DNA of 64,000 nt, taken from IMG/VR virus record IMGVR_UViG_3300028197_000871, one strand, 5' to 3'. This document shows, piece after piece, positions 55,643 through 64,000 of this stretch (its first letter is position 1; the number at the start of each line of letters is the position of its first letter). Source of the stretch: an uncultured virus (IMG/VR IMGVR_UViG_3300028197_000871). Lineage: Duplodnaviria; Heunggongvirae; Uroviricota; Caudoviricetes. The position numbers and the translations under genes are program-made. The notes under the pieces are model-generated. The model saw only the letters and a list, made by a program, of their open reading frames with translations, did no database searches and was not told the origin of the DNA.

Positions 55643-56186
55643 ACAAGAACCACTATCTAGACAAATTAGTGAAGTAAATTTTCTTCAAGCTAATGGGTTT
55701 AGGTTCAATGTACAGAGAGCACCTAAGGTAGGTTTCTTTGGCAATGCTATCAATGTTCCTGGTCTTGGTCTAGGTGTAGCAGAGCAGATGACTTACCTTA
55801 AGAATGTCTCACGTCCTGGTGAGGTTCTTGAGTTTAATGACTTGACCCTTAGATTTTTGATTGATGAAAATCTAACTAACTACCTTGAAATTCAAAAGTG
55901 GATGAGAGGTATTGGTTTCCCTGAGAGTCTTCAGGAGATATATGATTTTCAAAAAGAAGGTCCTATTGATAATGATGGTGGAGACCTAAACTTGTATTCT
56001 GATGGAACTTTGACTATACTGAATGGTATAAGCAAACCTCTATTCTCTGTACACTTCAAGGATATGTTTCCTATTGCATTATCTGATATTGACTTTGATG
56101 CCACAGTGACTGATGCAGAATATCTTTCTGCTGATGTTACCTTCAGATACTTAATTTACAACTTTAAACCATTTGAATGCTGCTAA
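55635..56186 (+). CDS. gp3: Tail tube terminator / completion protein gp3
   Basis: NFLQANGFRF, LTLRFLIDENLTNY and FKDMFPIALSDIDFD motifs; synteny before uvsY. Confidence 0.88.
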   Translation: MSKQEPLSRQISEVNFLQANGFRFNVQRAPKVGFFGNAINVPGLGLGVAEQMTYLKNVSRPGEVLEFNDLTLRFLIDENLTNYLEIQKWMRGIGFPESLQEIYDFQKEGPIDNDGGDLNLYSDGTLTILNGISKPLFSVHFKDMFPIALSDIDFDATVTDAEYLSADVTFRYLIYNFKPFECC

Positions 56187-56621
56187 ATGATTGACCTTCC
56201 TACCCTACAAGAAATGTGGGAAAAGGATTCTGTTATTGACATTGACAATCTGCACACAGAGTCATTAAGAATTCCTGTCCTGCACTCCAAATATTTTGAC
56301 ACATATAATACTTTGCTACTTTTGAGAAAGAAAGCAGAGCAGCAAAGAAAAAACATTAGACATGAAAGGTATGAATACTTCTCTGGCAAAGCTGACCCAG
56401 AAGTATATGTAGAAAATCCCTTTCCTAAAAAGATAAGAGATAAAGATACAATGTCAAAGTATCTTGACGCAGATGAGAAATTATCTAACGTTTCTATGAA
56501 AATTGAATACTATGATGTGATGTTGAGATATATAGAAGAAATCTTGAAACAGATTACTAATCGAACTTATCAAATTAAGAACAGTATAGAATTTATGAGG
56601 TTTACTGCAGGGTTAGGTTAA
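56187..56621 (+). CDS. uvsY: Recombination mediator UvsY
   Basis: DSVIDIDNLHTESLRIPVLHSKY, YLDADE and RTYQIKNSIEFMRF motifs. Confidence 0.92.
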   Translation: MIDLPTLQEMWEKDSVIDIDNLHTESLRIPVLHSKYFDTYNTLLLLRKKAEQQRKNIRHERYEYFSGKADPEVYVENPFPKKIRDKDTMSKYLDADEKLSNVSMKIEYYDVMLRYIEEILKQITNRTYQIKNSIEFMRFTAGLG

Positions 56622-56803
56622 TGGATCAAGAAGGTTACTATCACATAGAATTACCTATAGAAGGTATTCGTCTCATCCACACAGGTCTGTCACAGGCAGT
56701 TCAAAGATGGCCTGGTGGTGATGCTCAGGAACAAGAGGGTCTTATTATGATGAGAGATAATTTTTACAGAATTATATTAGAACATAGATTTGAAAATGCT
56801 TAA
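56621..56803 (+). CDS. Hypothetical protein (60 aa)
   Basis: ORF track; TAATG coupling. Confidence 0.7.
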   Translation: MDQEGYYHIELPIEGIRLIHTGLSQAVQRWPGGDAQEQEGLIMMRDNFYRIILEHRFENA

Positions 56804-56833
56804 TAAATACTTATAGGTGAAGAACCTATATGT

Positions 56834-58297
56834 ATGGCAGATTTAACTATTGAAAAGGTAAACGAAGTTTATCTAAGAATCACTACTGAACCACATATTG
56901 AGTATGAACTAAGGGATAGATTTACCTTTGAAGTACCCAATAAGAAATTCATGCCTCAGTACAGAAGCAGGCATTGGGATGGATTCGTTCATCTATTCAA
57001 TTTAAAAACTAAGAGAATCTATGTGGGTCTTTTAGATAAAATTATTGCGTTCTGTGAGAATGCAGGATATACATATCAGTTTTTAAATAACAAATTCTAT
57101 GGTCCTCCATTTGAAGTCAATGAGATGATTTCAGAGGAAGGTGTCAAGGACTATATGAGTTCTATCACTCATTTTGAACCAAGAGACTATCAGATTGATG
57201 CTGTACATGATGCTCTGAGGTACAACAGAAAACTACTCATCTCACCTACTGGTTCTGGTAAGTCATTTATGATTTACACTATTACCAGATACTTTGTAGC
57301 AAAGGGTTTAAAGATATTGCTTGTAGTTCCTACCACATCTCTTGTGGAGCAGATGTATAAGGACTTCCAACAATATGGTTGGGACCCAGAGAATCACTGT
57401 CACAGGATCTATGCTGGCAGGGAGAGAGTCAATACTAATGAGGTAACTATTACCACTTGGCAATCCGTCTATCAATTAGATAGAAAGTTCTTTGAAGAGT
57501 ATGATGTCATCATTGGTGATGAGGCTCACCTTTTTAAGAGTAAGTCTCTTGTAGGTATTATGGACAAGTTACATCATGCCAAGTATAGGTATGGGTTCAC
57601 AGGAACACTTGATGGCACACAGACCCATAAGTGGGTGTTAGAGGGACTGTTTGGACCTTCTTATAAAGTGACACAAACTAAGAAATTGCAAGATGAAGGT
57701 CACCTTGCTACTCTTGATATTCAATGCCTAGTCTTGAAGTATAAACCCAAAAAGTTTGATACCTATGAAGATGAGATCCAACATCTCATTGGTCATGAAA
57801 AGAGAAACAACTTCATCACTAATCTTGCTGTCAGTTTAACTGGTAACTCACTTATCTTATTCAGTAGGGTAGAAGCACATGGTGCTATTCTTTTTGAGTT
57901 AATAAATAATAAGGTAAGTAAAGGTAGAAGGGTATTCTTTATCCATGGCGGTGTAGATGCAGAGGATAGGGAGCAAGTTAGAGAGATTACTGAAAATGAA
58001 AAGGATGCAATTATTGTTGCATCATACGGAACTTTCAGTACAGGTATTAACATTAAAAACCTTCACAATGTTATATTTGCCTCTCCATCAAAATCTAGAG
58101 TTAGAAACCTCCAGAGTATTGGTAGAGTCCTCAGAAAAACTAAAGATAAAGTGAGTGCCAAACTTTATGATATTGCAGACGATTTTACAATTAGATCACG
58201 TAAAAATTATACATTAAATCACTTCATTGAAAGAGTGAAAATTTATGTTTCAGAGCAATTCAATTATGATATTATTACTATTGATATAAAAGACTAG
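56834..58297 (+). CDS. uvsW: SF2 DNA helicase UvsW
   Basis: SPTGSGKS, DEAH, GFTGT and QSIGRVLR motifs; ATAAATA at 56803-56809. Confidence 0.97.
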   Translation: MADLTIEKVNEVYLRITTEPHIEYELRDRFTFEVPNKKFMPQYRSRHWDGFVHLFNLKTKRIYVGLLDKIIAFCENAGYTYQFLNNKFYGPPFEVNEMISEEGVKDYMSSITHFEPRDYQIDAVHDALRYNRKLLISPTGSGKSFMIYTITRYFVAKGLKILLVVPTTSLVEQMYKDFQQYGWDPENHCHRIYAGRERVNTNEVTITTWQSVYQLDRKFFEEYDVIIGDEAHLFKSKSLVGIMDKLHHAKYRYGFTGTLDGTQTHKWVLEGLFGPSYKVTQTKKLQDEGHLATLDIQCLVLKYKPKKFDTYEDEIQHLIGHEKRNNFITNLAVSLTGNSLILFSRVEAHGAILFELINNKVSKGRRVFFIHGGVDAEDREQVREITENEKDAIIVASYGTFSTGINIKNLHNVIFASPSKSRVRNLQSIGRVLRKTKDKVSAKLYDIADDFTIRSRKNYTLNHFIERVKIYVSEQFNYDIITIDIKD

Positions 58298-58312
58298 AAA
58301 GGGAGTAAAGGT

Positions 58313-58702
58313 ATGGGGATTGAAGACGATTTTTTTGCAACAATCAAACTGAAATGTGGGGATGAAATCTTTGCCAAGGTAGCAGCATCAGAGGAGGATG
58401 ACAGAACTATGCTTCTTGTATCTAATCCTATTTGTGTTGAAGAAGTTAGAACAAGAGGTAATGTTGCTGGTTATAAATTTGAACCTTGGTTAAAGACATC
58501 ATCAGAAGATTTATTCGTAATTAACTTAGAAGATGTTCTTACAATGTCTGAGTCAGAAGATATTGAAATGATAGTCAACTATCAAGATTATGTAAGAAAG
58601 ATTAATAAACAGAACTACTCTAAATTAGATAGGAAAATGGGTTACTTAGGTAATGTTCATGATACCAAAGAAGTCTTAGAGAAGTTATTTAATATTAGCT
58701 AA
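58313..58702 (+). CDS. Conserved cyanophage hypothetical protein (129 aa)
   Basis: IKLKCGDEIFAKV...NPI...EPW; lies between uvsW and gp55. Confidence 0.8.
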   Translation: MGIEDDFFATIKLKCGDEIFAKVAASEEDDRTMLLVSNPICVEEVRTRGNVAGYKFEPWLKTSSEDLFVINLEDVLTMSESEDIEMIVNYQDYVRKINKQNYSKLDRKMGYLGNVHDTKEVLEKLFNIS

Positions 58703-58729
58703 TACCAATCCTTGAAAGGCAACAAACCT

Positions 58730-58758
58730 AGTCTACTATTGTTTCAGAGTTCTGTCAA
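58730..58758 (-). promoter_or_regulatory. Antisense sigma70-type promoter
   Basis: Reverse complement reads TTGACA-17 nt-TAGACT. Confidence 0.6.
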
Positions 58759-58762
58759 GCAC

Positions 58763-58791
58763 TTGTCATGATTAACTAATTCTGTTATAAT
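58763..58791 (+). promoter_or_regulatory. sigma70-type promoter for gp55
   Basis: TTGTCA-17 nt-TATAAT with extended -10 TGn. Confidence 0.75.
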
Positions 58792-58837
58792 ATAAGTATT
58801 CAAAATACATTTAATGTAACCTTGTAGGAACTCAATA

Positions 58838-59317
58838 ATGCCAAAGTCCAAGAATCCAGAACATTATGTAAACAACAAGGAATTTTTGAATGCACTTGAA
58901 AACTATTTTGCTCAGGTAGAAAAAGCAAAATTGAATGACAAACCCAAACCAGTTATTCCAAGATACATTGGTGAGTGCTTCTTAAAGATTGCTAATCATC
59001 TATCATATAAGCCTAACTTTGTGAACTACATGTTCAAGGATGATATGATTTGTGATGGTATTGAAAACTGTGTTAGATATGTACACAACTTCAATCCTGA
59101 GAAATCTAAAAATCCTTTTGCTTATTTCACACAGATTATCTACTATGCCTTCCTGAGAAGAATCTCTCAGGAGAAGAAGCAGTTAGAGATCAAGAACAAG
59201 ATTCTTGAGAAGACTGACTTTGATGAGGTCTTTGACGCCAATGACCTTGACAGCAGTAATTTCTCTGAGTATAATAGCATCAAAGATGCTGTGCATCAGA
59301 AACTGAGAGGTAACTAA
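58838..59317 (+). CDS. gp55: Late-transcription sigma factor gp55
   Basis: HYVNNKEFL, YIGECFLKIA, DMICDGIENC and NPFAYFTQIIYYAFLRRI motifs. Confidence 0.97.
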   Translation: MPKSKNPEHYVNNKEFLNALENYFAQVEKAKLNDKPKPVIPRYIGECFLKIANHLSYKPNFVNYMFKDDMICDGIENCVRYVHNFNPEKSKNPFAYFTQIIYYAFLRRISQEKKQLEIKNKILEKTDFDEVFDANDLDSSNFSEYNSIKDAVHQKLRGN

Positions 59318-59745
59318 TGCTTGGAAGTCTAGACCCAGAGGAGAGAGTTATGAGTGACATCCCCCCACATGACTGGACAAAGAACAAAGATGAGTTCTTT
59401 GCTTGGGATGATAATGGCATTATGGATAAAGTTCAAGATGTTATTGAGACTCTTGACTGGAAAGAAGAAGATGATATTGTTGTAGAGATTGGTGGCACAG
59501 TGGTGTCTGGTATCCATCAAGGTGAAACCTATAATAAAAAGTGGGCATCACCTTATGGAACACGTAAGTATAATAAGGATGCTTTCATTGTTATCAGTAA
59601 TAATTCTCGTAGAGACTTCACTAAATCACAACCCTTAGATAGAGAACACAAACCTTATCACTCATATACACCTGTTGAACCACAAGATATTGTTGTTAAC
59701 ATGGATGGTGGTGTTGGTGGTTCTTGGGAAGTTAAGGAAGAATAA
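59317..59745 (+). CDS. Hypothetical protein (142 aa)
   Basis: TAATG coupling on both sides. Confidence 0.75.
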   Translation: MLGSLDPEERVMSDIPPHDWTKNKDEFFAWDDNGIMDKVQDVIETLDWKEEDDIVVEIGGTVVSGIHQGETYNKKWASPYGTRKYNKDAFIVISNNSRRDFTKSQPLDREHKPYHSYTPVEPQDIVVNMDGGVGGSWEVKEE

Positions 59746-60785
59746 TGCGTGTAGTAATTATCACAGACACTCATTATGGTGCAAGGAAAGGTTCTAAACT
59801 TTTTCATGATTACTTTGAGCAATTCTATAAGGATGTATTTTTTCCTACCTTAGATAAGGAAGGGATTGATACTGTTATCCATATGGGTGATGCATTTGAT
59901 AGTAGAAAGGGTATTGAGTTTCAAGCATTAAAGTGGGCAAAGAGAGTTGTGTTTAATCCTCTCAAAGAGAGAGGTATTAATATGCACCTGATGGTAGGTA
60001 ATCATGATGCTTACTATAAGAATACTAATGAAGTCAATGCAGTAGACCTTCTACTGAAAGAGTATGATAATGTTGAGGTGTATTCTTCTCCTACAGAAGT
60101 TACTATTGGAAAACTCCCTATTCTTATCCTTCCTTGGATTAATAATGAGAACCAAGAAGAAACAACTAAACTTATCAGAAAAACAAAGTGCAAGGTTGCA
60201 ATGGGACACCTTGAACTCAATGGATTCAAAGTCAACAGACAGATCGTTATGGACAACGGTCTTGACAGTGAACTCTTGGGGAGATTTGATAGAGTGTTCT
60301 CAGGACACTATCACACTAGATCAGACAATGGAAAGATATTCTATCTTGGCAATCCCTATGAAATGTTCTGGAGTGATGTCAAAGATCCCAGAGGTTTCAC
60401 TATATTTGATACTGAAACCTTAGAGCACCATCATATTAACAACCCCCATAGATTGTTCTACAACATCTACTATGAGGATACTGACCATCAGACATTCAAT
60501 ACTACTGAGTATGAGAATAAGATTGTCAAAGTAATTGTGAGGAAGAAAACTGACATTAAAAAGTTTGAAAAGTTTATTGATAAACTCTATACTTCTAATG
60601 TTGCTGACCTTAAGATTGTAGAGAACTTTCAACTCATAGAGTCTGAAGAGTTTGAAGCAGATGAATCTGAAGACACTATGTCTATCTTGAGTAGGTATAT
60701 TGATGATTCTGAGACTAAGTTAAATAAAGCAGTAGTTCAGTCTTTGATTAGAAATATCTATCAAGAGGCGTGTGAGATGGTTTAA
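59745..60785 (+). CDS. gp47: Recombination endonuclease subunit gp47 (Mre11/SbcD-like)
   Basis: Phosphoesterase motifs TDTHYG, GDAFD, GNHD, GHLE and SGHYH. Confidence 0.96.
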   Translation: MRVVIITDTHYGARKGSKLFHDYFEQFYKDVFFPTLDKEGIDTVIHMGDAFDSRKGIEFQALKWAKRVVFNPLKERGINMHLMVGNHDAYYKNTNEVNAVDLLLKEYDNVEVYSSPTEVTIGKLPILILPWINNENQEETTKLIRKTKCKVAMGHLELNGFKVNRQIVMDNGLDSELLGRFDRVFSGHYHTRSDNGKIFYLGNPYEMFWSDVKDPRGFTIFDTETLEHHHINNPHRLFYNIYYEDTDHQTFNTTEYENKIVKVIVRKKTDIKKFEKFIDKLYTSNVADLKIVENFQLIESEEFEADESEDTMSILSRYIDDSETKLNKAVVQSLIRNIYQEACEMV

Positions 60786-61057
60786 TGTACATTATTACAG
60801 TTGCTGGTAAAGAAAAAGAAGGAGCATACTCTGTTGTTGATGATGATGGAGAGCAAGTCCTTTACATCTTTATGGAAGAGGATGATGCTGAAAGATATTC
60901 TATGCAACTGGAAGAGCTTGACTATCCTGAGATGAATGTGCTAGAAATAGAAGATGAGTTGATGATTAAAACCTGTGAGATGCATGACCACAGATATACC
61001 ATTATTACACCTAATGACATTGTGATTCCACCTGATATAAAGCATGATTACATTTAA
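60785..61057 (+). CDS. DUF3110-like protein of cyanobacterial type
   Basis: EGAYS...VLYIFMEEDDAERYSMQLEELDYP...IVIPP recalls cyanobacterial DUF3110. Confidence 0.65.
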   Translation: MYIITVAGKEKEGAYSVVDDDGEQVLYIFMEEDDAERYSMQLEELDYPEMNVLEIEDELMIKTCEMHDHRYTIITPNDIVIPPDIKHDYI

Positions 61058-62753
61058 GACTATCTCTTGGCAAAACTTTTTAAGTACAGGTAATACACCA
61101 ACTATTGTCAATCTAAATGATTCAGCAACTACTTTGATTATTGGTAGTAATGGTGCTGGTAAGTCAACCATTCTAGATGCGTTGACTTTTGTGCTGTATG
61201 GAAAATCATTCAGGAAAGTTAATAAGGCTCAACTTATTAATACTGTCAATGAGAAAAACTGCTTTGTCAGTATTGAATTTGATATCAACTCTACTGAGTG
61301 GAAAGTGGAGAGGGGTATTAAACCAAACATATTTAAGATTTATAGGAACAATGAACCACTAGACCAAAGTGCATCTGCTATTGATCAGCAGAAGTGGTTA
61401 GAGCAGAATGTCTTGAAGATGAACTATAAGTCATTCACTCAGATTGTTATCCTTGGTAGCAGTACCTTTGTTCCCTTTATGCAACTGCCTTCTAGCAGTC
61501 GTAGAGAAGTAGTAGAAGACCTATTAGACATTAAGATCTTCTCTTCTATGAATGATCTAATCAAGTCAAAGATTAGATTGATTAGGGATGATGTCAGAAC
61601 ATTAGACTTAAAGAAAGATGCCATCAAAGATAAGGTGGAGATGCAGAAGAGTTTTATTGATAAGTTGGAGAAGGAAGGAAAAGATCTTATTGGTGGGAAA
61701 GCAGGAGAGATTGAATCTTTACAGCAAGAAGTAATGGATGGTTTCTTAAGTGGGTCTAAATTAGAAGACCAACTACTTGTGAAACAAGAAGAGTTGAAAA
61801 TATTTGAAGGGGCAAATAAAAGACTGAGGGAGTTTGGTAATATTAAGGGTAAGATGTCTCAAAGAATTAATACTCTTGTAAAGGAGCATAAATTCTTTTC
61901 AGATAATAGGGTTTGCCCTACTTGCAATCAAGATATTAAAGAAGATTTTCGTGTAAATAGAATCAGGGACTCTCAAGATAAAGCATCTGAATTGCAACAG
62001 GGGTATAAAGAACTCCAGCAAGCAATTAAAGAAGAAGAGTTGAGAGAGTCTTCATTTAACCAATTAACAGGAGAGGTAACAAAGTTACTTAATGGCATTA
62101 CTCAAAACAATACTCATATCTCTGGGTGTCAGAAGCAAGTCAAAAGACTGGAATCAGAAATTCAAACTATTACCAGCCAATTTGAAAACAGAAATTCTGA
62201 GCAGAGTAGATTAAATGAGTTAAGAGACAGTCTTGAGGAAACCTACAGTAACCTTGCTACCAGGAAAGAAGATATATCCTATCATGACTTTCTATACACC
62301 CTACTAAAAGATGGTGGAGTAAAGTCAAAGATTATCAAAAAGTATCTGCCCCTGATTAATCAGCAAGTTAATAAGTATCTGCAATTGATGGACTTCTATA
62401 TCAACTTCAAGTTGGATGAAGAGTTCTCTGAAACTGTAGAGTCGCCTATACACGAAGATTTTTCTTATGCTTCATTTAGTGAAGGGGAGAAGATGAGGAT
62501 TGACCTGTCTCTCCTATTCACTTGGAGAGAAATAGCAAGAGTCAAAAACTCTGTCAATACAAACCTACTGATCATGGATGAAGTCTTTGACTCATCTCTT
62601 GATGGATTTGGTACTGATGAGTTTCTTAAAATCATCAGGTATATCATTAGTGACGCTAATATCTTTGTCATCAGTCACAAGACTGGTATGGAAGATAAGT
62701 TTGAAGAGGTAGTCAAATTTGAAAAGGTAAAGGGATTCTCTAGGAAGAAATGA
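61044..62753 (+). CDS. gp46: Recombination ATPase subunit gp46 (Rad50/SbcC-like)
   Basis: Walker A GSNGAGKST, CPTC zinc hook, FSEGEKMRID signature, LLIMDEVFDSSLD. Confidence 0.97.
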   Translation: MITFKTISWQNFLSTGNTPTIVNLNDSATTLIIGSNGAGKSTILDALTFVLYGKSFRKVNKAQLINTVNEKNCFVSIEFDINSTEWKVERGIKPNIFKIYRNNEPLDQSASAIDQQKWLEQNVLKMNYKSFTQIVILGSSTFVPFMQLPSSSRREVVEDLLDIKIFSSMNDLIKSKIRLIRDDVRTLDLKKDAIKDKVEMQKSFIDKLEKEGKDLIGGKAGEIESLQQEVMDGFLSGSKLEDQLLVKQEELKIFEGANKRLREFGNIKGKMSQRINTLVKEHKFFSDNRVCPTCNQDIKEDFRVNRIRDSQDKASELQQGYKELQQAIKEEELRESSFNQLTGEVTKLLNGITQNNTHISGCQKQVKRLESEIQTITSQFENRNSEQSRLNELRDSLEETYSNLATRKEDISYHDFLYTLLKDGGVKSKIIKKYLPLINQQVNKYLQLMDFYINFKLDEEFSETVESPIHEDFSYASFSEGEKMRIDLSLLFTWREIARVKNSVNTNLLIMDEVFDSSLDGFGTDEFLKIIRYIISDANIFVISHKTGMEDKFEEVVKFEKVKGFSRKK

Positions 62754-63352
62754 TTGAATTTAAAAATTGCCTTGTTGATAGAAATATATTTCCTAGTTTT
62801 CTTATTTCTACTGATTTAACTTCTCATATTGATAATGAGGATGTTATATCTGATTTCTTTAAGGTAAAGAAAAAAGATAAAGGTGAGAAAAAAACTAATG
62901 TTATAGGATGGCATTCTTCTATAAAACTTGATGATCCAGATCATCCACATATATCTAAAGTGATGAATCTTGCTGAAACTTTTGTTAATCAGTTTTTAGA
63001 CAATGAAGAAACCAATTTGCAAGTCACTAATATGTGGTGTTGGTTAATGGAGAATGGTGTTGGAGCATATAATGTAGTCCATAATCATGGGAAGATGGAT
63101 TTGATTGGAGTGTATTATATTGAGGTGCCTCCAAAAGCAGAGGGAATGACATTACTTAGAACTGATGCTTTCACTCATACTGAACTGTGTGGATCAAATA
63201 AATCCTCTGATTTTGCTGGTAATTTTATGGTAGATGCTATTGTTGGGAGACTGTATATTATGCCAGGACATCTCTATCACTATGTAACACCCTTTGATGA
63301 TAAAGGGTATAGAAGGTCATTAGTATTCAATATAGGGGTTGGTAAGAAGTAA
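62750..63352 (+). CDS. Putative 2OG-Fe(II) oxygenase (TIGR02466-like)
   Basis: GWHS, HNH, GVYY and PGHLYHYVTP...RRSLVFN motifs. Confidence 0.8.
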   Translation: MIEFKNCLVDRNIFPSFLISTDLTSHIDNEDVISDFFKVKKKDKGEKKTNVIGWHSSIKLDDPDHPHISKVMNLAETFVNQFLDNEETNLQVTNMWCWLMENGVGAYNVVHNHGKMDLIGVYYIEVPPKAEGMTLLRTDAFTHTELCGSNKSSDFAGNFMVDAIVGRLYIMPGHLYHYVTPFDDKGYRRSLVFNIGVGKK

Positions 63353-63457
63353 TATTAAGAAAGATTGATTAATTTAACATTGATACATTCTTTCATTAAA
63401 AAACTGAAATATGTGGATTTGCTGACTATATAGTGTGTGAATTGGAGATCTTTGTTT

Positions 63458-63625
63458 ATGCACAATCTAGTTTCCCATAATGAACTTGCATCCTGGAAGT
63501 GGGATGAAAAATCAAAGACTGATGAAAAATATGATCAAGTATCTGAATACTTCCAGTGCATTTCTGAGTGTAACATTGTAGATAACAACGCTAGGAGGTT
63601 TTGCAGACACATTCTAACTTCATAG
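63458..63625 (+). CDS. Small Cys-containing hypothetical protein
   Basis: GGAG RBS before ATG 63458; MHNLVSHNELASW...YFQCISEC...FCRHIL. Confidence 0.7.
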   Translation: MHNLVSHNELASWKWDEKSKTDEKYDQVSEYFQCISECNIVDNNARRFCRHILTS

Positions 63626-63661
63626 AAACTAAACAAAACTAAAAGGAGATTATCTCACTGA

Positions 63662-63689
63662 AGACCCCTGCCATATATGGTGGGGGTTT
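63662..63689 (+). terminator. Probable terminator hairpin
   Basis: AGACCCCTGCCA-tata-TGGTGGGGGTTT; weak U-tract. Confidence 0.5.
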
Positions 63690-63733
63690 GGTTCGTATGG
63701 GGATAAATATTGAAGAAAGAAAGAATTATTATT

Positions 63734-64000
63734 ATGCTTTCTACTAAATATCGTCTTAGACTTGAGTACATTTGTTCTAGAATTGCAAAGGGCGAAGAAG
63801 TAAAACTTGAGGATATGATTTGGGCTGATAAGTTGGCAAAGACCCACACATTAGCTAGAGATTGGTTGCAAAAAGCAAGACGCCAAGCATCCCAAAACAT
63901 TGAAGAGGGTAGCACAGACGATTTTCTGAATAGGATGGGTTTAGGAGATCCCGACCCATCCAATCACAAAACGGGATTCACTGATGCTGACGATATTAAG
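63734..64000 (+). CDS. Hypothetical protein running off the window
   Basis: Manual translation MLSTKYRLRLEYICSRIAKGEEVKLEDMIWADKLAK...GLGDPDPSNHKTGF, open to the end; ATAAATA at 63703-63709. Confidence 0.8.
   Translation, partial: MLSTKYRLRLEYICSRIAKGEEVKLEDMIWADKLAKTHTLARDWLQKARRQASQNIEEGSTDDFLNRMGLGDPDPSNHKTGFTDADDIK

Noticed and set aside
5072..62671. Numerous minus-strand ORFs and alternate-frame plus-strand ORFs in the track
   Set aside because: They lie within or across well-supported + strand genes and show no recognisable motifs; they are shadows of codon bias
63655..63963. 102-aa minus-strand ORF
   Set aside because: Antisense to the + strand ORF starting at 63734, which the track missed because it runs off the window
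1..64000. tRNA, rRNA or known riboswitch genes
   Set aside because: No cloverleaf or T-loop pattern or recognisable riboswitch seen by eye in the few intergenic gaps; tRNAscan-SE and Rfam scans would be needed to exclude them

Overview
A 64 kb segment of a large T4-like cyanomyovirus, inferred to infect picocyanobacteria from its gene order, host-like purC/purM and DUF3110-like genes, and NTAAATA late promoters. All credible genes lie on the + strand. 1-2.6 kb holds small early-type ORFs separated by structured non-coding DNA: a DnaA-box cluster, divergent sigma70 promoters, a repeated promoter-like motif and a 56-bp tandem duplication. 2.6-4.5 kb holds a GT-A glycosyltransferase-like gene and hypotheticals. 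4.5-51.8 kb is the virion module: gp25, gp6, a 4080-aa baseplate protein, fibre-like proteins, gp8, a 2584-aa VrlC-like protein and gp13-gp23. A purC/orf/purM/fibre insertion follows the capsid gene, then gp3, uvsY, uvsW, gp55, gp47, gp46 and a 2OG-Fe(II) oxygenase. Leads most worth following: (1) a G-[I/V/L]-x-T motif enriched in unrelated virion proteins next to a glycosyltransferase, a candidate virion O-glycosylation system; (2) a candidate origin or DnaA sink flanked by outward-firing promoters; (3) strong CpG depletion with CpG-richer islands; (4) virion proteins with complete type-1 copper ligand sets; (5) a possible gp21-processed polyprotein. All assignments come from motif recognition and synteny by eye; no searches were run.
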